Assembly (NCBI GenBank): GCA_012295275.1
Contig: CM022665.1
Coordinates: 4,278,001-4,342,000, forward strand
Length of the DNA: 64,000 bases
Source of the DNA: Chrysomallon squamiferum
Lineage: Eukaryota; Animalia; Mollusca
Direction: 5' to 3'
Under the pieces are notes generated by a model. It was not told the DNA's origin. It was given only the letters and a program-made list of their open reading frames with translations, and made no database searches. The translations under genes were made by a program, and so were the position numbers. Positions within the stretch are counted from its first letter, which is position 1. Each line of letters begins with the position of its first letter. Positions 54,501 through 64,000 of the stretch are shown here, one piece after another.

Positions 54501-56315
54501 ACAATAATGACAATAATGATAAAATCTCTCATTATAATGAAAATGTTTCTCCTTCAAGAAAGGCCTAAGTATAATAGACCTAAGTATAATAGACTGGTGC
54601 CAATTAGCCAAGTTGACAAATCTGCAAACCAGTCTTATTCTTTATGGGTTTGATTTCAAAGAATTAACTCTGACAACTGATGAATATTCATGACCATTAT
54701 GGACAGTTTCTCCATGGGAGCTGACACAGAATTAGTGATATATATGAGGCTTGGAAATCGTGCTTATTAAACTTTGGGTTTAATTATTTAGCAGATGCAG
54801 ATAGAACCTTTGTTTTTATGCACATCAACAGTTATTCTCAAAAACTGTTATTTCTAAAACTATGTACAATAATGAGCATATTTCATGTGGTTAAATAAAT
54901 AAAAAATCACAAAAAGTATTTTTTTTTAAATTTATTTTTTAGATAATCTATTTGATAGAAAAGGAAAAAAAAAAAATAATAATTTACCTATTTTTTTAAG
55001 TGAAAGAAATTTAAATATAAGATTTGTGTATCTGTATGTCACTTTATGTCAGTTTTTTGTTTGTTGTGTGTGTGTTTATGTGCTCAACAGACAGGCATTT
55101 ATAAAAATCGATTAAATATAGATAATTATATGTAGAGTATAATATAAACAATTTACAGACTGAAAACCATTCAGTGTAAGTGTATTGCATAGATTTTCCA
55201 AGAAAATCAATTAATATACACTCTGCATTTCTTCTGCTTTTTAACATAAATGTTTAAAAAATCAATTAAAACAGACAAATCCAATATATTTGACACAAAT
55301 GTTTCAGAAAATCATTCAATAAATATTCAGGTTATATACAGTAAATGTATATTACATAGACATTATAAGAAAATAATTTAATTATTGAAAACTTTAAACT
55401 GATAATTTATATTAATTATAACAACTGTAAAAATGGTTTGAGTATACCAATGCTTGAAAAATCAAGAAAAACAAAATGTAAAAAATATAACCACAGTTTT
55501 ACTAGTAAACAGTTTTATTTTTATTTTTTTTATTTTTTTAATATATTAATAAACTTACATGAATAGCTGCCTACCTGTCTATCATCAAAACATTTATCCA
55601 CCTGTACATCTCTATCTATCTGTTCATCTATCATACTATAAACATACCTGACCATCCATCCATCCATATCTATTTAATGTTATCTAATTAATCTATTTAT
55701 TTATGCTTGTCTGTCTATCTGTCTGTCTGTCTGTCTTTCATATTAATATTTAATGAGTCAATGTACTGGCTACTAATTTAGATTTGAATCAGTTTCCTGG
55801 ATTTAAACAAATAGACAAACAACATAGCAAAATATACCTCATTTTAACCTCACTTTGTGATTGTGAATTAAACTTATACTTGAGTTACACAAACTTAGTA
55901 TCAGATAATCATCTGCAAAGAAAAACATACTTTGAATACAGTACAAACACACACATCATCATAAGCCTCTTTGACTTAAGTGCACTTCAGTTTCTTTCTT
56001 TTTAAGACAAAGATGAACTGTTCATAACATTAATTAACAAGTACATATAAGATATTATGATAGACTCAGTGAACTTGTTTTTTTATCACAATTATTACGC
56101 TCAAGTTCATAATAACAAGAGAATGGAGGAAATATCTGAAGCCAAACATGATGCTGAAATAAATGAACTCTAATGAACTCCTGCTACAAATCAATCAATC
56201 AGTTATTTTATCAGTTAATCATCTGGAACATCAATATAATCAGTCAAGATTCAAGCTAACATATAGAATATTTGTGTAGAAGTCTCTGTTATCTTCTTGA
56301 GATGCATTAAGAGCT

Positions 56316-56672
56316 GGAAGGAAGAAAGAAATATTTAATTTAATTATGTATTCAATGTATTTTTAATCTGTAGTTAAATAGTGTCATACAAATAGGATCA
56401 TATATAGATAATGGTAATTAAGCATCATATTGATTATAAGAAATAGGAAACCTGAAGTCATGCTGGAAGTTACTATATTTTTTATCAGCAGCAAGTAAGC
56501 TTTTATATATTCTTTCAGACAGAAGAGGATATACAGTAATCTCATGGAGTCCTGTCTAGAATTGGAAATAGCCAAATGACACCCACAGGTGAATTGATCC
56601 TGCAACCCAGTTCAAATTTCAGAATGTACACTTCTTAAGGCTAATATTTAACCACTGTACCACTGAAGCCAG
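56316..56672 (-). mobile_element. Degenerate SINE, same family, near full length
   Basis: On +: ggaaggaagaaag tail, ggaaacctg, atcagcagcaag...ttttatata, atggagtcctgtctagaattggaaatagccaaatg, gaattgatcc, accactgaagc. These are the reverse complement of the blocks at 24686. Confidence 0.6.
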
Positions 56673-56799
56673 TAAAATAAATTAATCTTGTCAAATCTTG
56701 GTTACTGTATGAAAGGACTTATCAATCAACACCATACATGAGACAGTTATACCAATTAGTTAGCAAATACAGCAGACAAATGATAATCTATCATGATCA

Positions 56800-57270
56800 C
56801 TGTAACTGGAGTCATATGAAAGAAACCTGATATAGACATGAACCTTCTGTTATAGAATTAAAACAAAACAACAACATTAAAATAGTTGTATTTGAACAGC
56901 AAAAGTCATATAGAAAACTGATATATAAAAAATGGCTGTTACTTCAGTAATAAGTCATGTCATGTCATGCAAGGAAACCTTTGCTAGAATTAAGAACATA
57001 TATAAAATGAGTGTTTCTTTGGTACTCTATCATAATAATAGCAGGAGATACATTAGAAGTCATATAAAAAACTGAGACCCAGCTGTGAATCTGTATAGAA
57101 TTAAAGATGGATGTAAAATGAATGTTTTTTTGATAGTCTATAATCTAAGGAATAAAGAAGTCATATGAACAAAATAGATGTGGGCAAGAACCTTCTGTTA
57201 AAGATGAATGTAAAATAGCTGATTGTTAATTGGGGAATCTGATAAGTAAGTTATGGCTTGAACCTTCAGT
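56800..57270. repeat. Degenerate tandem array (about 100-150-bp spacing)
   Basis: Recurrent gaagtcatat...gaaccttctgtta/tagaattaa. Confidence 0.5.
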
Positions 57271-58103
57271 AATTGCAAACATGTCAGATTGTAGATTTAT
57301 TGAATATTTTACACTATATAGTATATTCTTGACAAATATTCTTGAATGATTCTTTGGTTATAAGTATACAAGATAGCTGACTGGCTGATTATACTTGGGT
57401 ATTCTCTTATTTACACAGAACTGTTGTTGATATTGTAATATTATCAATGTATTACTATTATATACACAGTATTTTTATTGACATGACAATGATATGGTTG
57501 TGGCTCTGTGTGCCAGTATAATAGATGTTGTGGCCAAAACATATCCTTAAACTATTAATTTGTCTTTTAAAATATCACTGATTATTCATATTGTTTTAGT
57601 AATAATAAATAAGAAGTGAAAAAGTTCATTTTGTAAAGAAAATATCTTCATCTATCTATTAGTATGAAGCCTAGATATTTATTGTATTAATTTACCATTT
57701 TCCAAAAGGGTAACTGAGCTGTATGCCTGTATACAACTGTGTTTGTGTGTGTGTGTGTGTGTGTGCGCACACGTGAGTGTGTTTCTGAGTGAATGAGTGT
57801 GTGTATTTGTGTGTATTAGTTTTGGTTATGTGAGTTTGTTTGTATGTTTATATATTTAAAATGCATTATCAGTTATCCAAAGCTATATGCATATAAATAT
57901 ATAAGAATGTGTGAGTATGTACATTTTTGCATATGCAGAAATTAGATGGCCTACTGTTATTTTATTAGCAGCAACAGGACTTTTCTAGGCACTTTCCCAT
58001 CAACTGGAATGCATATGTATTGCCTGTTTCTATGGGTTTCCAGTACAAACAATCCTGTTTCTGTGGGCATTCTGTAATCGCATGCATGCACACACACATG
58101 CAT

Positions 58104-58139
<36 letters not shown>

Positions 58140-58481
58140 AAAAACACAGAGCAATCCATTAGACAAACGGGTGTGTAATTGCTTTGCACAGCAATTTTTG
58201 GAAGAGCTCTTTGGCAATAAAACAGAATGAAAACAAACATCAGCACTAATACAGTTATCATTAATATTGTGTACAGGCCATTATGTTTTCTCATTTCCCA
58301 TACATCTGGTATTACCTTCACTACCACTGCTACTAATAGTTTTATTACTGTATGTTCAGGAAATAATGCATAAATCATTAGCCCCAATTCCTTGCCTGAA
58401 CATGTTTTTTTGTTTTTTTAGGATTTAATCAAAATGTATGAAAATGAGATAATTTATATCAGTTGTCTCATTTGGAAAAAC

Positions 58482-58528
<47 letters not shown>

Positions 58529-58770
58529 TATTGTTATAATTATTATTAGTAGTAGTAGTAAGTAAATAGTAATATTAGATGTAGTAACAGTGATAGTAAT
58601 ATTATTAGTAGTAGTAGGAATAGTTGAAGTAGAAATAATACAGTAATAGTAATAGTAGTAGTAGTAGTAGAATAAACATTATTATTACTGTTATTATCAC
58701 TATCACCATCATCATCATCAACATGTCCATCACCACTACCACCACCACTATCATCATCATCATTATCATC
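58482..58770. repeat. (AAT)n/(AGT)n/(ATC)n trinucleotide low-complexity block
   Basis: Direct reading. Confidence 0.85.
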
Positions 58771-59284
58771 GTAACCAAATATTTTTTATTATAAGAAAAC
58801 CTTACTGAACAAGCTCACTCATGCAGTGAGGAACATGTATATATCAGTCATCTGGAAAACAGTGACACCTTGAACAGTGACAGATATCTAGATATCAATG
58901 TGATTTCAATGCAAGCTGTCTCACTGGAGAATAACAAATCTAGAACTAATTGTTGCCATGCATGTTTACTGTGTAGTACAAGAGCTATTTACCAGTGTAG
59001 TCTGTAGTCTGTTTATTTATCAGTAAACTACCTGATAAACGTACAATTATTATTTTCTTTTTAAATAATAAATATTTTTAATATAATATTATTTAACAAT
59101 GTTAAAAACATATAAAAGGCTCTCAGTCCATACTAATATAGGCATAAGGATTACTGAAGAATGTTTGGGACTCATTTGAAACTGTTTATCTGTATATGCT
59201 AAAGAAAACCCTTTTTATTATCTTGTACATTTTATAAGTTACAGTAATAAACACATAATTAATGAAATTCAGGTTTTAAACAAC

Positions 59285-59288
59285 ACTA

Positions 59289-59344
<56 letters not shown>

Positions 59345-59360
59345 GTTGCTACTACTACTA
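59285..59360. repeat. (ACT)n microsatellite
   Basis: Direct reading. Confidence 0.95.
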
Positions 59361-59534
59361 AATTATAATAATAAAATTATCTTAGTATCTATATATCTCA
59401 TTTTACTTCAGCGTCATTATGGAAGTATAAATATCATTTTAAAAGAATTCCAATACCAGTAATATCTGTTATGCTTGATAAATGAATAAATAATATAAGA
59501 TAAAATCATAAATTAAAAGTTACGGGCTACTTAC

Positions 59535-59562
59535 CATGTTTGCTCTCGCCGTTAACTACCAT
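59535..59562 (-). CDS. SYT7: Coding part of exon 1 of a synaptotagmin-like (Syt7-like) gene: MVVNGESKH + first base of Gly
   Basis: Minus strand reads aaaATG GTA GTT AAC GGC GAG AGC AAA CAT G|GTAAGT. It has a good Kozak context, a perfect phase-1 donor, and sits at the edge of the CpG-rich region. G plus the first two bases (GT) of the exon at 18983 gives GGT, in frame. The gene symbol is inferred from exon 2. Confidence 0.7.
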
Positions 59563-60060
59563 TTTGTTTAGTTGAAACTTGTAGAAAGTCAATAGAAGAC
59601 AACGATGTTCAACATTTTTGTATTCCTGTAAAACGATGTCCTTTTCTGTTGTTTTTTTGGAAAATCGTGTATACTCCACGTGCAAAACTCTTTACAAGTT
59701 AACAAAATCCTCAGCGTAAAGCTTCCGATCAGCGATTGTCAAAACTGGCAGACGAACTCAAAGCGGTAAACGTTGGTGTAGGAAAATTAGCTCACTTCCT
59801 ATAAGCAGAAAATAAATGTATGATAAATAACAACCTGTCACATTAGGTTAATGCAAGCAGAATGAAATGTTGAATAAAAACGTAGCGGAATAAAGGTATT
59901 GACATGTAAGTAATTATTCAGAAAATCCTTTTGACCGCATCGCTGAAAGGCGAAAGCTCATACTGTTGCGCCTTTTTGCGCGAATCTGTAAGTTAATTTC
60001 TAGGGATCTCAAACTGAATGGGTAAAGTGTTTTTAAAATAACCCAAATTTTGACGCAAAC
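59563..60060 (-). promoter_or_regulatory. CpG-rich promoter / 5' UTR of the minus-strand gene (possibly bidirectional)
   Basis: CpG rises abruptly to about 2-5 per 60-nt line on most lines directly upstream of exon 1. E-box CACGTG at 59677-59682; ETS-like CACTTCCT at 59793-59800. The TSS cannot be located by eye. Confidence 0.6.
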
Positions 60061-61356
60061 TAAAGTCAAAATAAAATGCATTGTTCATTTAAATGATGAT
60101 GATGATGATGATGATGATGACATACGTATAATTATTAGAACCATCCTAACTGCACGACATACATATATATCATGCATATTTTATTAATAAACACTGATCA
60201 TAAAAACAAAAATATGACAATGATCGAAAATGCTGCACACACACAAACTATTCAACGGAACATTTCTGAAGTCAGAATCGCCTTCGAGTTAGGCATCAAT
60301 CGTATATTGGTTTTTACAAATTTAACAGCTTGCTTTTATTTGGTATCTTTAAACTAAGTTTTATCCACTTTTTTTTTCTTCTTTTTTCCCCTTTTCATTT
60401 AGAGACGTGAAAGAAACTAAGTTCCATAAATACAAGCTTTAGTCTATCCAATTTAATAAACATTTTTAATCTAATCCAGGTGTTTCGATAAATACGCTAA
60501 TAATATAAACAGACGTATCCACTTCACAGCGTGTTTTCACACTTCGGGTTTAAAAGCTACGTTTCATCCATTTTTGAATCCGTATTTGTTTCGATCGTGA
60601 CGTGTAATGCTAATAGTTTGTTGTTATTGCGACTACAACTTGAATGCATTTTTCTTTTAATTTAATTTAATTTTTTTTTTTTAAATCCTTTTTAGGAAGC
60701 AACAGTGGACGAAAATCTTCGCGATTTTATAGTTATTCAGTAATATTGGTTTTGAAATAATTGACAAGGAGTCATTAATAAGAACAAGATTCCTCTCTTG
60801 TTTTCCACGCGTCATAAACGTGCGCATCAATATAAATTGGTTCTGTTTGGTTTCTAAGGGCAGACCATTTTTCAAGTTGATGTAATTGGTCACTTGTTTT
60901 TGGTATTGGTTCTGGGCCTTGGAGATACGATGAGAAAGACAGGAAAAGTATTGGAACATCTCTTGTAAGATAATTGTGTTTTTTCAAGGTCATTGTGGAT
61001 TAAGACCCTCGATGTGCTTTATCTTTTGCTTAAAAGGTGTCTGAAATATCTATTAGCAGGCGGACATCTGCAAATAGCGATATTTTTTTTTTTTTTTTTT
61101 ATTTTTATATTTCCATTAAATACGTAAAAAAAAACCTTTATAGTGAATTTTAAAAATAATACTTTGACATGCCATTATTTAACAATTCTCTTTCCTCTAA
61201 ATTCAGTGATTAGCCAAATGACGAGCAATGTAAAACATATTATTAAAGAAGATTAACGGTACTGATAACCCCTTAAAAGTATCATCGAAAAGTGAATTTT
61301 ACAAATAGCCTACTTATAAACGTTACACTTTTATGTTCAGAGAAACTGTGCACCAC

Positions 61357-61431
<75 letters not shown>
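61357..61431. repeat. (GA)n microsatellite
   Basis: Direct reading. Confidence 0.95.
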
Positions 61432-61434
<3 letters not shown>

Positions 61435-62369
61435 CACAAAGAAAACAACTAACTTCTTTAAAAAAATTGAATAATTCAGAGAAGTGACCTAGATTATATA
61501 TTTTATATTTTTTAGTTGTTATTTCCTTCCAGGAAGCTTGTTAAAATTTTAAGCGGTCTGTCGCAATGTGAAGATATTTGACAGATAAAGAGGCTTCACA
61601 TCTTGCTTTTTTTTTTATTCTGTATCTGATGTAGTAGACTTATTATGAACTAAATGTTCTAGATGACATTCAGTTCTTTTTTATCCAGTTAGATTAGAAA
61701 TACTCATAATCCAGTTACCACTGAATCTACTGGTGAAGTACATCTTCTCTCAATCTATCATTTCATAATAAACAGGTTACGAATGGGAACAGGATCGTAA
61801 ATGCAGTGTTCAGTTGTAAATATCAAATCTTGTGTCGCATCCTCATCTGGCTTGTATTAAAAGTTTGTAAGTTGCTTCAGGTTTCACATACAGCAGAATC
61901 AATCCGTATCAGTGAATCGGTTGAGGTATATCCATCCCAGTCAACGTTTGTCAGTGGTTGATCGAAGTATATGTATGTGCTTATCGTATGTTTTGTTCAG
62001 ATTAACCATTAACAGTAAAATGTGTTAATTATATTAAACCATCCATTCGCTCGTTCGTTATTTAATGAATTAGATCATTCGTTCTAGTCAGATAGTTAAT
62101 TGCAGAGATATAAATCCATATACTGAGTATTTTCTGCACACAGCTTAAAACATTTTAATGTTAGCCCAACATTGACAAGAGCTCGCTGTGATAAATATAT
62201 TAAAACTTTCCTAGCACAGATCACTCACAAATGTTACAAGTATATCTAGCTATACTTACTTCATACTTCACATAAACCAGTGACATAACCTGTTGTTCAG
62301 CTATCTTCAAGCCTTACTAAACACTTTTCTGACTGTCGCATATTAAAACATATATATATATATATCTGT

Positions 62370-62560
62370 ATATACGTGAAGAGATACTCACAGACACAAG
62401 CACAAGTACACACCTAACGCTTCATTTCACATAACTCAGTAAGACAATATCCGTCAGTTTTGCATTTATAGAAAGTAGAGTTTCCTTGGAACGATCGATC
62501 CTAAGACCTCTCGCGTCTCAGCACCAGAAGAACTACAACAGGAGATGAACCCGCCTCTAC
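62370..62560 (-). mobile_element. SINE fragment retaining CpGs
   Basis: ctcacagac...gatcgatcctaagacctctcgcgtctcag...ctacaac. Confidence 0.4.
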
Positions 62561-64000
62561 AGAGTCTGAGTAGGAAACTTTAATTAAACATAAGAAAAAT
62601 GCGCATTGTAGATTTTAGAAAATTCAATTATTTCAAGCTTATTTGATGGATGGGACGAGCAATTACTGGTTGTAATTGGATTTTACAGCCGGTAAGTCGT
62701 TTAGAGTGAAATTCGCAAATGAAATGAATTGTGATGATAACGGTAATCGTTATAATACACAGTAGGTCCAAATTAGCCAGGGCGGTGACTTGGGGGTGAA
62801 CATTTACATTTTGTCTGGGTTGGATCTTTTGAAAGAAATGTTTGCTTGTTAGGAGGAGCAGTGAATCCATACGTGAAAATATAGCTAAATCTGTTATCAG
62901 AAGTAAAATGGTTCACTTGTTTTAGCAAGACAACAATGACCACAGGGCTGAAGATGTGTTAATGAAATCTTGACAAAATGAGAACCTCTCCCACCCCAGA
63001 CAACATTCATAAACTCCCTAGCTAATACCTTCTCGTATGAGGTGAATCTGCATTAAACAATAACAGCAAAGAACTGAGAGATATCGTAAAGAAATAAGAT
63101 AAATAAATGTATCAAAACCGATGTTTAAAAGGCTGCAGCGATCTCGATGCTAGAAGAGTTGTAACATCTTACTTTTGGCGTATGTAAGAACATATTTCAA
63201 AACTGTTGACTGACTCATCCAACGAAAGTATTATTTCTTAACTGTAAAGAAAGACAGAGAGAAAAAAAAAAAAAAAAAAAAAAAGAAGAAGGAGGAAATG
63301 AAATCTAAAATGTCCAGGAATTTCATAATTTCTACAACGTTATATGTTCTCAATTTTATTTAAAGTTTAAAAATTCATGTTTTTCTTAGTTTTATTGATA
63401 TATTTCTTAAAAAAAAAAGCTAGATCAATACTTTACTAAACCCTCAGAATTTATTTAATTTTCATTTTCAAAGGCGTCTCCTCTTTTATTCATTCCTTGA
63501 ATTCTTATACTAATTTATTAAATCTTTTCTTACTTTTTTTAAACCCCCAAGATTTAATAAGGTTCTCCTTATTGAATCTCAGTTCATTAAGCTATTGTAC
63601 TCAATACCTTTATCATTGTTAAAACCGGTTCAAGTATTTTTAATACTAGGGGGGAAAAAAAAACTTCTTTTGTTTGATACGGTTCATTAACAATGCAGTC
63701 TTCTTCGACGTTGATTTTACAATCAGTTCATACGGTTTAGTTTTCTTACAGTTATTATTACTGCTACTGTTTCGTTAGGGAAATGACAAAAAATTCAATA
63801 TGAAATAGCATTCAGGTTTTAAGTATTTGTACTTAAGGAAATATATTGCATTATATCGCACGGTAAATCTATTTTTTGAAAAGGAATTTTCTTTCCATGT
63901 TGCAATATAAATTAAGCAAATCTCTTATCATCTCTTTATGTTTGTTTTTTTTTTTTTTTTATGGTAATGTTTTATTTATCGGACACTTTTAAAATGTTTT

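Larger units (their letters stand above)
18984..59534 (-). other. Intron 1 (40,551 nt, GT-AG, phase 1) of the synaptotagmin-like gene
   Basis: Bounded by GTAAGT (59534) and tttacAG (18984). It is CpG-depleted throughout. Poly-A/AAAC/AAAT tracts predominate on +, giving a T-rich minus strand as expected for an intron sense strand. Confidence 0.65.

Noticed and set aside
54078-54611. 177-aa ORF, the longest in the track
   Set aside because: F/Y/L/I-rich read-through of A-rich low-complexity DNA.
57957-58387. 140-aa and 86-aa ORFs
   Set aside because: They run through a (CA)n microsatellite, start at non-ATG codons, and show no recognisable domain.
886-59416. Apparent preference of surviving CpGs for TGACG/CGTCA half-sites (886, 27370, 36148, 43608, 51489, 59412)
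   Set aside because: A rough expectation from base composition gives a similar handful, so enrichment is not demonstrable by eye.
62681-62697. 3-nt plus-strand microexon ttttacAG|CCG|GTAAGT
   Set aside because: Formally possible, but no established host gene on + and a very short pyrimidine tract. Kept only as the donor in the divergent-transcript hypothesis.

Overview
AT-rich, microsatellite-rich animal genomic DNA. It is probably from a gastropod mollusc, judging from a recurrent tRNA-headed SINE family that I recognise only from memory. There are no prokaryotic features, and nearly all ORFs in the track are low-complexity artefacts. About 59.5 kb of the window is the 5' part of one large minus-strand gene. 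A short exon 1 (59562-59535, MVVNGESKH-G) lies in a CpG-rich promoter and splices in frame across a 40,551-nt phase-1 intron to a transmembrane exon (18983-18692). That exon has a synaptotagmin-type N-terminus, most like Syt7; no C2-domain exons were found, so they presumably lie left of the window. Main discovery candidate: downstream of the TM exon are at least three short ATG-initiated segments ending in donors of the same phase (2) as the TM exon: MAEKFNDVGESIRDY-, MAT- and the Cys-rich MAGCFNMCRCVLP-. They look like alternative first exons that would swap the membrane anchor (TM helix, putative palmitoylation, or none). Also seen: a sharp CpG-depletion boundary at the promoter, consistent with gene-body methylation; candidate microexons; and an inverted, microhomology-flanked copy of one minisatellite inserted into another. 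All splice models are read by eye and need RNA evidence.
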